Below, in pieces: positions 1 to 12,270 of a stretch of 64,000 nt of DNA. The notes below the pieces were generated by a model. It did not search any database, had not been told where the DNA came from, and saw only the letters and a list, made by a program, of their open reading frames with translations. The first letter of the stretch is position 1. Every line of letters begins with the position of its first letter. The stretch spans positions 31,682,001 to 31,746,000 of the forward strand of contig NC_045705.1 in NCBI RefSeq assembly GCF_009834535.1. The letters are read 5' to 3'. Both the position numbers and the translations under genes were made by a program. This stretch comes from Camelus ferus (Eukaryota).

Positions 1-610
1 ATAGGGACATATGTGGGAAAAGGACAAATTATTAAATAAATGAGTTGCCACAACTAGCTTTACATCTGGAAGCCAATTAAATTGTACATATAGTTAATAC
101 CTATTACAAAAATAAAAATTTATTAGAGGTTTAATACAAAAGTAAAGCAAGTTTTACTTCATACTTACTTTCCAGTTAATAAAGGAGGTAACTTTCTACA
201 TTCTAGAGTGGAAGAATCTTCTTAACCAATCATTAAAATCCCATATAGATACATTTGACAATTTCAAAATTTTGGATGGATTTAGGAAAAGTTACCAAAT
301 ATCAATACACAAAAGTAGTTTGTAGAAAAGGTTTACATTTTAGAGGGTATATACAGAGTTAATATCAAAAATAGGCAAATATCTCTAAGCAATTAACTAA
401 TAAAATGAATAAAAATATAAACAAACAATTAAAGGAAGGATACATCAAAATGGCCCAGAAACATATGATAGGATGCTGAAATTCATAAGTGAACAGAAAA
501 ATAGGAATTGAAGCAACAGCTTACTTACTACAGTGTTACCTTGGGCTCTTAAAAGTCAATCAATTTCTATAGATGTTACATCATCTTTTAGCTTTTAACA
601 GAAGATTTTC

Positions 611-800
611 TTTTGAACTGTTGGAATTTTCAAAATGAACATGAATGCCCTGATACCTAAAGAAATTTGAATCTTGATTGTGAACAGAGACTACATATAT
701 TAATTGCTGGAAAAATTGGTTCTTTTAACAAAGAAATATTAAACTGATATTTTAATTGGAGAAAAAACTGCAGATTATGTTTGAATTGTTTAGATAAAAA
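611..800 (+). repeat. ~190-bp direct repeat of 1350-1539
   Basis: Both read CTTTTGAACTGTT(G/A)GAATTTTCAAAATGAACATGAATGCCCTGATACCTAAA...TTGTTTAGATAAAAA. Confidence 0.92.
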
Positions 801-1852
801 CACAATGCTTACAGCACATATTAATTAAAAGTACCATGAGGTTTAGAAATATCTTCCCATTAAAATATTCCCAAATAGTTACACTTGAAATTAGTTTTTA
901 AGTATACTTGATGTTAGAGAAGGTAAATTTATTCTAGATCTTTGTAATAAGAAAATATCCCAAAAGAGTATTACATCATAGAATCGATCTCCACATATTT
1001 TAGTGATCACAAAGGATCCCTAACTTGGCTGATCAAGAGAAACAGATAGGGGAACTTCTGAAAAACTGGATTCTCACACCATCAATGTACTCTTGCAAAA
1101 TATAAAGTCTAGTTCAGAATCTTGTGTATAAACCTTTCCTGGGTTACCTGCATAAGGAGACAGCCATTCAATCCATGAACTGGGCTCTGATGCTTTCTCC
1201 CTTGTTCTTCATGCACTGATTCCATCGCTGAGAACACAGACAGCAGGACACATACACCATCACTGGACCTTGACGTGTTTCCACATGACCAACTCTTCTC
1301 ATGTTTGCAGGAAATCTGATTCATCTCAATCTTTTAGAAAAATATATACTTTTGAACTGTTAGAATTTTCAAAATGAACATGAATGCCCTGATACCTAAA
1401 AAAATTTGAATCTTGACTGTGAACAGAAACTAAAAATATAAATTGCTGGCAAAATTTGTCCTCTGAACAAAGAAATATTAAATCAACATTTTAATTGGAG
1501 AAAATACTGTAAATTATGCTTAACTTGTTTAGATAAAAATTTTGCCTTTTTGTGTTTTATACCAGTAAAAGTGAAATAGTGAAAAAGCCCTTATGACATT
1601 CTGATTCTCAGCCTGTTACACTGTCCTGTCTTCATACAGCACTGTTGAACGTTGGGTTTCCTGAAGGATGAAGAATACTTATTTCATATACATGCTTTAT
1701 TACGTTTTGAATCCATCATTTCAATTCGGGAAGAAGCCTGTCATGTGAGCACCAGTACAGACAGATACTCTCTGAGGGTAACAGCAAAGGTCTACACTTT
1801 ATCGACATTTGAACTGCAGCACATATTATGGAGTCATTCAATCTCCAAGGGC

Positions 1853-1923
1853 GATTCTTGTCTAATTAAATTTATTGGGACCTTAGTTGTAATTTTGACA
1901 GTACACTCCTTATCTCTAGAGAT
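1853..1923 (-). promoter_or_regulatory. Candidate OR promoter motif with upstream palindrome
   Basis: Reverse GTCCCAATAAATTTAATTAGACAAGAATC at 1853-1881; perfect palindrome ATCTCTAGAGAT at 1912-1923. Confidence 0.55.
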
Positions 1924-2344
1924 GCCACCAAGATAATCACCATGGAGAACAGGCCTTACAGAACCCTGTCCTCTGGGGGGAAAATCCTAAAAGAACAACT
2001 TGAGGTCATATCTCCAAAATGGAAAAGTCCAGTCTGGGCAGAAGTAGAATATGTAAAAGCTTTCTTGTTTAAGTCATGACCTTCAAAGTAGGAAAATCTG
2101 TTTAAGCTTTGTCTTTGCAGATGACATCTGATCTGATTTCCAGAAGATAATAAATGCTAATTTCAAAGTAAGTCACTTAGAACTTATTTCTAATGCAGAC
2201 AAGGTTTGTCACATAGTTTGTCGTATGGTTTCAGAGAGGCAAGTTGACAGAATCTGTGTTAGTGTGAGAGTAGGGTAAGAGAAAACATTCGTGGGACTAG
2301 TCTGTTTATCTCAAAGTACTGCTCATGGAACAGTCATCAAAATA

Positions 2345-3230
2345 ACCAATAAACTGGGCCATAAAAGAAGTTGCAATACATTTCAAAGGACTTCATAATA
2401 TAGAATATATATACATATATAATAAAAATGTAATTCAACTAGAAATTGATAACAAAAATATAATTTTCCAGTTATTTACAAATTAAACAACCCAAGTCTA
2501 AATTATTCATAAACCTTTGGAAAAATAAATTTTCAATAGAAAGATAATGATACATGTGTATATAAAAGATATATTAAAGATATCTATGAACTATATATTT
2601 AAAAACTATAAAAAGTAGATGTAGCTCCAGGAATGGTTAGAGGGAAATGGATAGCTTTAACTGTAAGCATTAGAAAAAATGTTATAAGAAATGGCCTAAA
2701 CCTCGATGTTAAGGAGCTAGCAAAGAAAAAGCAAAACTAGCACAGAGAACATTGTACAATGGAAATAGTAAATAGAAGACAGAAATCACTGAAATAGAAA
2801 TTAATTTAAAAAATAGAGAAAATATGTGAATCCAGGAATTGGTTTTTTGACAGTTTAATAAAATTGATAAGATCTTAGCAAAAATGATTAGGAAAAATAA
2901 GAGAAAAAAATTATCATAATCAAGAATGAAGAGAGGGTCATCACTGCAGAGTCTACAGAACTTAAAAAGATAATAAAAGGATACAATAATTTATGACAGT
3001 ATACTTGACAACTAAAAGAAAATGGACCACTGTTATGAAAAACACAACTTTCTACATAAACACACTAAGGAAAGTAATTAAAAACTGGAATAATCTAACA
3101 TTCAAGAAAATTAATTCTTTAAAATTCTTTCCTTCCCAAAACAAAATTCCATCTCCATATAGCTTTATCAATGAATTCTACATAAAAATTAATCAAGAAA
3201 TAGTACCAATCCTACATACATACTTTTAGA
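2345..3230 (+). mobile_element. Old L1 ORF2 fragment (post-endonuclease region)
   Basis: A-rich degenerate ORF2 landmarks such as GGTTTTTTGACAG..AAAATTGATAA, AAGAATGAAGAGAGGGTCATCACT and GAATTCTAC. Confidence 0.8.
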
Positions 3231-4019
3231 GATGCGAGGAAATTATTATACTTCCCAGCTCATCTCCTCGCTGCATATGCACCCAGAGTGATCCTTATAC
3301 CAGAATGAAACAAGGGCCTCACAAGAGAAATAATCAGACCAAGATCTCATATTATCCCAGACACAAAATTGTGGACACAATATTTAGTTTGATTCTTTTA
3401 AATGTTTTATTTTTGATTTTTTTCTTGCTGTTACAATTTATGAAGCAGATCTGGTGCAGTGTTGGGTCTGGGTCTAAATTATGTCCCACTGCTGATGCAG
3501 GATCATCCTAGTATTTAACTCCCTGCACTGGCCCTGTGAACGATGAGGTCTTCCAGCTGCTGAGAATAGGCATTCTTCCTGGCCCAGTCTGAGCACCAAG
3601 CACTCCTCTCTCTAACCTGTGTGGGTAGATCTTTTCCCATCCTCATGTAGTTTCCTGAAGACTATGAATAATTGAGGGGGATCTCTCCAGATCTCCAACA
3701 TTGCCTCCCTCAATGTCTCTGAATCTCTCTTTCTCTGTCCCTCAGGTCTATGATCCACAGTGTTCCAAATCTAGCTGCCTTGTTGCCTTGGTCTCCTCAG
3801 ACCCTCAGCTTCGTCTCCTCAACTCTGAGAGTCTACCAGGATCTTTTGAGGGATCCTTCTCTGTACCACAACATGGAAAGTTTTCAAAGGTAATAAATCA
3901 GAAAAATCTTAGAGCTTCATGTGTTCATTTCTCATCACTCAGTGATCACTGTCAATCACTTTTGACATCTAGTGTCTTGAAAATAATTATTTCATATTCT
4001 GTTTCTTTGTTTGCCTGGT

Positions 4020-6240
4020 TTTACAAAAACCTGTACATGAATATTTATATCAGTTTTATCCATAATCTCAAATAGCTGGAAACAATCAAAATATCTCTTA
4101 ATGGAGAAAAGGATAAATGTCATACAGTTTGGAATAATACTCAGCAATAAAATGAACTATTAACAAATGCAATATGTACAAATCTCAAATGCATGATACC
4201 AGGACCAAGAAGTCAAATTTAAAAGACTAGATATTGGACATGATCCTATGTATAGAAGACATAAAAAATTGCACCCAAAACTGTTAGCACAAATAAACAA
4301 ATTCAATAAATTTGCAGGATACAAAATATACATACAAAAACCAGCTGCATTTACATATACTAACAATGAACTATCTAAAAAAATTATTTTAATTTTGAAA
4401 ATCATCCCATTTATGATGGCATCAAAAAGAATAAGTTACTTAGGTATTCATGAGAGGTAATGGATATGTATATTAGCTTGATTGTAGTCTCCATTTTACA
4501 GCATATATGTATATAAAGTCACGACATTGTATACATTAAATATAGAAAATTTTGAATTCTCAATTATACCTCTATAAAACTGGGAGAGAAAAAAAAAAAA
4601 AGACTAACGTACTGTATGATTCAATTTATAGGACATTCTGGAAAAGACAAAACTATAGGAATAGAAATGGATCAGTGTTTTCCAAGACCTGGAGGTGAAG
4701 GGAAGAGGTGATACAAAGGGGCATGGGGAAATACTTTTGGTGATAAAACATTCTGCATATTAGTTGATATGGTGGCTACGTAACTATATGTATTTGTCAG
4801 TCCTTGTATAACTTTGACTAAAAAAGGATGAATGATGTACTGTAAAGATTATATCTTATGTAAAAATGGAAAACGAAAAGAATTTCTACATTAAAACGTC
4901 AGACAATTGGAAAATGTATTAGAAGACAAGATTCCATTTACAGTAGTACCAAAAGAACTCAAAAATACTAAATCTACAAAGAAACATACCAGATCTACAT
5001 GAATATAAAAGACGTACCCCGGTTTATGGATAAGAACTCTCAATTCTCTAAGATATAAACTCTTTCTAAATCAAGTCTTATTGAAAATACGAACTAAACT
5101 TCATTTTTACTAGACTAGCTTATTGAAGTTTAATTATGAAACATAAATATGCAAGAATAGACAGTTCTGATAAGGAATAGTAATGAAGGAGTCCTAGGCT
5201 TATGAGGTATCAAAGCATGTTTTAAATCAAATGTAATCACATCACATGTTTGAAAGTCACATGAGTAAAGAAGAGATTGCTGTAAGTTAATAGAGGCCTG
5301 ATTTTTATCCAAACACATACCACATTTTAGAATACAAAGTTGGGATATCAAGTCATGAGGAAAAATACTTGTGCACCTATAAAAATGACCTTGAATGATT
5401 CCTGAAAAATAATTAAAATTTAATCCCTACTTACATGGTGCAAAAATCTAAACATAAAATATAAAACAACAAAAAAACTTTAAAAATTAAACGTTGAAAA
5501 AATGTGGGATGTTTTGATAACATTGAAACAAGGAAATTCTTCCTAAACAAGGCATAAAAGCAAGAAAATATGAATAGATTTAATTATAGAAATGTAAAAA
5601 TATTTCCACATGGCCAAAAATACTTTGCACAGTATAGAAACAACAAAATCAAATAACAAGCTAGAAAATTAACTCCACATACATGGAAAAGGAGATTATT
5701 TCCTTAGTATATAAATAAATTCTAAAAATTGATATGAAAAAATCAGCAATCAAATAAAACACATAAATTATTAATAGGCAGTTCATATGAATACAAATCA
5801 TTTTAAACATTTGAACAGATACCCAAATTCAATTCTACTTATTTGCAATTAAAGTATACAAATGAAAAACAATTTCCTTAAACAGACTGTTATATACCCA
5901 AAATGTTTATCAAGCACTGGTTTTTGAGAATTCAGGCAAACAGATATTTTCCAGAATGAAGAAGGTAGTGAGTTTGGTACAAGCTCATGAATGGCATTTT
6001 ATCAAAAACTATGCACATCAACATGATAAATACATAAACCAACTGACTCAACAATTCCACCACTGGGAAAACATACTTAGAAAATCACAAAAATACTTCA
6101 TTGAAGAACTGTTTGTCATAGAGAAAGACTGGGGAAAGCATGAAGAGGACTGGATGCATCAGTGTCAGTGTATCTTCATAAAGAAGTTAAGCAGTATGAG
6201 GAGACTGAGAATGACTTAGATCTATAGACTGGTATATGAA
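4020..6240 (+). mobile_element. Nested old L1 fragments (L1M-type 3' ends and ORF2 pieces, one with a poly(A) tail near 4590)
   Basis: KFAGYKI-type ORF2 piece at 4248-4450, TATACCTC..AAA(A)n 3' end, ATTCTGGAAAAGACAAAACTATAGG 3'-end signature. Confidence 0.7.
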
Positions 6241-6820
6241 GATGTTCAGGAAATGGGAGATACTGCTTTGGGATGATTAAAAGATTTATTCTACATAGTC
6301 CCTTTTGTATCAATTCTATTTTAATATTTATTATTATTCATTATTTACAGCTTCCTATTTAAAAAAGTAAACTATTCTACTAAAAATAGCATATGTAAAG
6401 CAAATGAAATTGAATAAAGAGGATAGTCTATATACAGTATTAAATATTTTAACTAATATAAGTAGAATGAAGATAAAAGACAAGAATCTGACTAACAACA
6501 AAAATAAGAATAAGAAAGTAATAAAAGTAAACACAGAAATAAAGTAAAAAATAGTGTACTTCTATAAAATTCATAGCATAATATTTACTGACTCTCAACT
6601 GTAAATGCATTCCACCCTTCCAGATACAGGGTTAAACCAGACACTATGGAGTTTACATTTTAGCAGGGAAACTGTTATCAAAAGCACAAATATATAGTTC
6701 ATTCTTTAATTAGAATTATCATAAATCTCTTGAAAAGAGGACATTTTACATCAGATTTATGAAGACTGTTACATTCCAAGGAGATTGGCCCTAATGCTAA
6801 ATTTATTGCTTCATCATTTA

Positions 6821-7744
6821 CTAGTTCATATGACATGTTTTTCTCCAGAGCTTCTTCATAGCACTAGTCATCTCAGAATTTCTTAGACTGTAGATAAATG
6901 GGTTCAGCATGGGGCTTATGACTGCATAAAACACACTCAATGATTTGTCAATAGGGAAGGTCTTAGCAGGTCTTGCATACGTGAAAATACAGGGAACAAA
7001 GAAGCAGACAACCACAGTGATGTGGGAAACACTGGTCTGGAGGGCTTTCCGCCTCCCTTCCTGATTCAGATTCTTTAGAGAGTGCAAGATGACTCCATAA
7101 GAGATGAGTAAGAGCAGGAAAAAAATACTGCACATCAGTCCTCCATTGACCACCACTAAGATGCCAGTGACATAGGTGTCAGTGCAGACAAGTTTCAACA
7201 AGGGGAACATGTCACACATAAAGTGATCAATGACATTGGGGCCACAGAATGGGAGCCCATAACTAGTGCCAAGTTGAATTACNNNNNNNNNNNNNNNNNN
7301 NNNNNNNNNNNNNNNNNNNNNNNNNNNNNNNNNNNNNNNNNNNNNNNNNNNNNNNNNNNNNNNNNNNNNNNNNNNNNNNNNNNNNNNNNNNNNNNNNNNN
7401 NNNNNNNNNNNNNNNNNNNNNNACCCACCAAAAAAGTGCTCAGTAAAAAGCTGAGTCATGCAAGATTCAAAGGATATGGTGTTTTCCCCAAAGAATAAGT
7501 CTGAAATCAATCTGGGGGAAATAGAAGAGGAATAAATTAAATCTATAAAAGATAAGCTGGCAAGAAAAAAGTACATTGGTGAGTTGAGGGTCTTACTGAC
7601 AGTAATTGTCACGACAATGAGCAGGTTGCCCATCACAGTCAAAATGTAGGAGAGCAAGAACATAACAAAAAGGACCTTCTGCTCCTTTGGATTCTGTGTG
7701 AGGCCCAGGAGGATGAAATAAGTTACATTGTTCCTTGGTTCCAT
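6821..7744 (-). CDS. OR4A47-like: Olfactory receptor, OR4A47-like, 307 aa; TM3-TM4 hidden by a 140-nt N-gap that preserves frame
   Basis: Single-exon ORF with N-terminal NVT glycosylation site, [30 protein letters not shown] and [12 protein letters not shown]. Closely resembles recalled human OR4A47 ([31 protein letters not shown]). MAYDRY motif lies in the gap. Confidence 0.88.
   Translation of the reverse strand: MEPRNNVTYFILLGLTQNPKEQKVLFVMFLLSYILTVMGNLLIVVTITVSKTLNSPMYFFLASLSFIDLIYSSSISPRLISDLFFGENTISFESCMTQLFTEHFFGGXXXXXXXXXXXXXXXXXXXXXXXXXXXXXXXXXXXXXXXXXXXXXXXVIQLGTSYGLPFCGPNVIDHFMCDMFPLLKLVCTDTYVTGILVVVNGGLMCSIFFLLLLISYGVILHSLKNLNQEGRRKALQTSVSHITVVVCFFVPCIFTYARPAKTFPIDKSLSVFYAVISPMLNPFIYSLRNSEMTSAMKKLWRKTCHMN
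7283..7422. other. N-gap, 140 nt
   Basis: Run of N inside OR CDS. Confidence 0.99.
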
Positions 7745-9694
7745 CTAGTCTGTACAGCAGCTGACTCACATATTAGAAACAGTTTACCTACAAAATAAGG
7801 GGGAAAATATTTACATGCATTATAAGTATAATCTTTTATTTATCCATTCAATTAAAACAATGTGTATGAAGTATCTGTTTGTATCCAATGGATCATAGAC
7901 ATTGTGAATACCAAGTTGAATAAGGCATAGTTCCTTATGCTCAGTGATATGAAACAAAATAAGAGATCAGATCCATGTAATAAGTGCCATTATATATCAG
8001 GATATTCACACAACACTAAGGTCACAGTGTAGGAATATATCAATCAGACTGAAATCAAAGGTTTCCCAGTGAAATCAATGGTTTTAAAGGAAAAAAATGA
8101 AAGAACAAAAGAAGATGGGAAGGGAATCCCCTAAAATGGTACACCATTTATAATGTCACAAAAGTGTAATACTTGAAACCCATTTAAGCTAAATTACACA
8201 TTCAGTGTGAGTAGATCAAACTATAAATAGAAGATCACTGTCCTGAATTGCCTCAAACCACACTGAAAATTCTTAGGGTCTTTAAATGGATATTCCTCCT
8301 TTTCCTGACCATTAAATGCTGCAGCACTTTAATTTTGTGTCCCAGCCTTCTGTCTCTCCACTTATTTTTAACCTTGTATAGGCAGCATCTCCAGTTTTGG
8401 ACATCTACAATTGGATATCAATTTAGCGTATATAAAAATAAATTAAAAATTTTCCATAATAAAAAGGAGTTCCTGTCTCATTAAATTGCTTAGACAGAAA
8501 ACCTCCCAGTGTTCTTCACTATTGTTCTCATGTTACTGATTCTTTTAACACATCCTGTTGTCTCTATTTTCAAATTATATTACAAATTTGATCATTCCCT
8601 ACTCCCTCATTTCCTTACTCGCCCACCGCAATAGCCTTCTGCCATGTCTTTCCACTTTTATTCTGCCTCCAAAAATTTATTTTCTTGAATCAGCCCTTGT
8701 GATCCTCTGTAAGTCTTGCTCTGACTATATCACTACATGTCTTGAAACTCCTATAGCGGATTCCAGTCAAGCCCTCACAATTTAATATGTCACATTTAAA
8801 CTTATAATAACAGGAGCTATAAACCCCACTTTGTAGTTGAAGAAACTAAGGCTTGGAACATCCAATTAATTTTCCAAGGCCTCACATTTTTAAGTGATAA
8901 AACTAGAATTGAATCTAAGTTTGACTTATGTAAAAGCAACTTAATTTCTTACATAATGAAGACAGTCACAAAATTCTGAAGCCTGGTTCCCAATACTTAC
9001 TGTTAGACGTACCCTGTGGAGGCTTGTTCACTATCTGAAGGAAGGCTTTTTAAGTTACGCACAAAGACTTGGAAATCTTCCTTCATCCAGTCTGAAAACA
9101 GAGGACATAGGCTGCATTATTACTTGAGGATATATTTTATTTCACTCAACTGTCTGTCCATTTTCTCCGAGGAGTTTTCAGAAGATTATTTTTTTTAGAT
9201 TATTATTTTTCAGAAGATTGATTATTCAGAAGATCATTTTTATTTGCACTATGAATTATATAAAAAATATCCCTCAGTGTGTGAGCACACACACACATGC
9301 ACACACATAATTTATCATGTTGGAAATTTATCAAAACAAAAAACTAGCGAATCCTTTGTTTACATAGGAAAATAGCAACCAGTCATTGCACAAGAAAATG
9401 TGTCTCTAGTAACCTTACCCTCCTAACTTCAAAATTTAAAAATACCATTCAGTTGTTTAGTCCTTCTCACTGCGTCATGTTGTAGAGCCAGGCTAGATGG
9501 TTGGTTTTGAGAGACATTCTTCTGCTTTTCTTTTTCTAATGCAATACTTTAATTCTAACAAAGGACCTCCTAAAATTTTATATGTTCTTAAAAAGATAGC
9601 ATCTCTTTCCTGATATTGGCAAAGATCACTGGGCATTTTATCCCTTCTAACCTCATTTATCATTGACTCTTAGAATTGGAATGTGTCCAAAACT

Positions 9695-9722
9695 GATCCT
9701 CATTTAATTAAATTCACTGGAG
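9695..9722 (-). promoter_or_regulatory. Candidate OR promoter motif, diverged copy
   Basis: Reverse CTCCAGTGAATTTAATTAAATGAGGATC. Confidence 0.5.
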
Positions 9723-10494
9723 TTTTCCACAAAGTTTTAAAAGTATATCTCTATGTAAAGATGCTATTAGGTCAAATCATATAAAGAGGGCAGGAAAGTG
9801 TAATATGGAGAAAAAAATAACTTTAGAAATATTATGAGGTTAATGCTAGTGAAAAATACAATACCTGCCCAGTCATTTTGTTCCAGTTAGATTAATTAAT
9901 CATGTATTTTCCAACCTGCCACAGTAAGTTTTTCTTTTCTTTTATTTAATATCAAATTTATTCTGCCTTGAAGTTTGGTTAGATGTATAAAATATTATCA
10001 CCAGTATAGATATAATAACTAATTATTTATCCATATTTTATAGTTTAGAGTACCCATTTAATGCCAGAAACTGTACTGTGAGTGAAAACACAGCCATTAA
10101 TAAAACAGGAGAGGAAATCATGTAAAAGTTCCTTCCTGCATGGATCTCAGATTCCCATATTAGAGTCAAACAATAAAAGAGAAAATTTAATAAAGTAATG
10201 ATAGTCTTATGTGCTGCTTGTAAGACAATAGGGCACTGTGACAGAAATAAGAGGGAGAATTCTACTATGGATAATGTAATCAGAGAAGGCATTACTTAAA
10301 AGGTGACGATTAAACTGAGATCCAAAGGATAGGAAGGGGCTACCACTGGAAGCACTGTTACAGACAGTAAAGTTAAGGAAAGTTTAATTAAGTAAAATTA
10401 TATCATTTAGAAGATGATATGATTTATATGTAGAAAACTCAAAACATGCCAAAGGAAAATTTTTGCAGTACGTTTTGCAGTATGTTTTTTAAAA

Positions 10495-11131
10495 AGTGGT
10501 GAGAGTGTGCACTCTAGTCTTGCTCCTGAATTTAATGGAAAAGCTTTAAATCTTCCAATGTTGAATCTGATGTGAGCTGTGGAACGGTCATAAATGGCCT
10601 CTATTATGTTGAGGTACAGCCCTTCTATTAGGTTTTTTTTTTTTTTATCATGAATGAATGTTGAATTTCTATACTATAAATGAACAAACCAGACTAAGAA
10701 ATTAAGAAAACAATTCCATTTACAGTGGCCTCAAAAAGAATAAAACACTTAAGAATAAATCTAATCAAGTAGGCAAAAGTCTTGTACTCTGAAAACTACA
10801 AAAGATTGCTAAAAGATATTACAGAAGACACACATAAATGAAAAACATTCACGAGTTGGAAAATTTAGCATTACTGAGATGTCAGTACAACCTAAAGTGA
10901 TATACAGATTCAGTGTGATCCATATAAAAATCCCAAAAATGTTTTTTTGCAGAAACAGAAAAAAAAAAATCCATCTTAAAATCCATATGAAATTGCAGGG
11001 GATCCAAACCAAATAGTCAAAACAACCTTGAAAAAGTGAATGAATTTGGGGATTTCCTATTCCTGATACCAAAACATCCTACAGAACTATGATAATCGTG
11101 GCAGTGTGGAACTGGCATAAAGACAGACATA
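10495..11131. mobile_element. L1 ORF2 fragments in inverted arrangement (- 10495-10665, + 10670-11131)
   Basis: - piece carries the reverse of the QGCPLSP region (GTGGTGAGAG..CTTG); + piece is the downstream ORF2 region ending CATAAAGACAGACAT. The same arrangement is present reversed at about 40700-41170 and 47700-48190. Confidence 0.75.
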
Positions 11132-11133
11132 CT

Positions 11134-12270
11134 GGAGGGAGCGGCCAACAGGCAGAGTAGGAAGACCCTGAGCTCACTTCCTCCCATGGGGGCACCCGAA
11201 TTACAACTATTTTCAGAGCAGCTACTAATGAGAACATTCTGAAGGCTAGCAAAATTTTTCTTTACAATGAAAGACATAAATAAGGAACTACAACAAATAG
11301 GTAGAAAGATTGGAGACAGTGCAGTCAAGACCCTTACCCCCAGGCAAATTTGGCTTTGAAGGCCAGCGAGGTCGACCTTTGGGATAGCCAATAGAAGGCT
11401 GTGGGAAGTAGAGACTACAAACAAAAAGTGCACTTCCAAAAATCACATACACTGCAACACCCAGGGCAGAAACAGTCATTTGAAAGGAGCTTGAGTCAGA
11501 CCCACTTGCCTCCTGGAGAGGTAGGAAGAAATTGGGACTCACGTTAGGGACAAAGACACTGGCAGGAGCCATTTTGGGGAGCTATCTCATGACAAGGGCA
11601 CTGGTGCTGGCACACTCCATTTGGGAACATTCCCTCTAGCTTTTTAGTGGTAGGACCCAGCCCAACCCACCAGCTAGAGTGCACCAGACCTAAGAAGCCT
11701 CAGACCAAGCAGCAAGGTGGGTGGGGACATAACCCTACCACCAGCAGGCTGGTTACTGTAGGGAGCCCTGAGGCCCCAGTCACCTTGGAACCATTCTCAC
11801 CCACTAGGGGATGGGCACCAGACCCAGGATCCCTTGTCCTCCCCCGCCCCCGCCAACGCATATGCAGGCCAACAGCAGATTCTGAACCTCTAAACTCTGC
11901 CACCAGAGACCCCAGGACCTGGCTTCACCCACCAATGGGAGGGCACAAGCCCCAGGATCCACTGGGCAATGGCCTAGAACACCAGTTGGTGGACATCAGC
12001 CCTGGAAACACCAGTGCCCTTCAGGTAGCCATGTCAGGACTCAGACACACTCACCAAGCAGAAGGCGCCAGCCTCAGGACACCCTGTGGGCGTGTCCTGA
12101 GGCCCACCAACCAACAATCCAACACCAGCTCTGGACCCCTAGACCCCACAGCCAGAGACATCTAGACATAGCTTCACTACCAGTGTACTGGCACTATCCC
12201 CAGTGCCCAGCCTCACCCACAAGGGGCCAGGGACCAACCCTGATACCCAACAGGCCCCAGCCTCATGTCA
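11134..12270 (+). mobile_element. GC-rich L1 5' UTR lacking ORF1/ORF2
   Basis: Starts GGAGGGAGCGGCCAAC..GAGTAGGAAGACCCTGAGCTCAC, resembling laurasiatherian L1 5' ends as recalled. Internal ACACCAG(C/T)..GGAC-type repeats. Ends abruptly against an antisense L1 3' end. Confidence 0.72.

Larger units (their letters stand above)
1..4450 (-). repeat. Left arm of an old inverted segmental duplication; partner about 53090-57112
   Basis: Reverse-complement matches seen at 1-120/57005-57112, 490-600/56490-56590, 870-1330/55960-56420, 1350-1540/55740-55940, 1853-1923/55393-55462, 2200-2330/54990-55140, 3410-3650/53630-53880, 4025-4110/53420-53515 and 4240-4440/53100-53290. Confidence 0.85.
3810..8324 (+). 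repeat. Direct duplication copy A containing OR 6821..7744; partner 13195-17724, offset about 9.4 kb
   Basis: Collinear similarity from CTCCTCAACTC (about 3815/13200) through the CDS to TGCAG (8324/17724). Confidence 0.88.

Noticed and set aside
1109-1324. Paired 71-aa and 70-aa ORFs (1109..1324 - and 55964..56176 +) as a conserved microprotein
   Set aside because: About 41 of 62 residues match, with many radical changes; the second starts with TTG and a 2-nt indel changes its C-terminus. The only perfectly conserved part is conserved at every nucleotide around a splice donor, which fits a non-coding exon better.
11288-12165. ORFs 11288..11572, 11647..12165 and 11700..11903
   Set aside because: They lie in a GC-rich L1 5' UTR where stops are rare; no recognisable domain.
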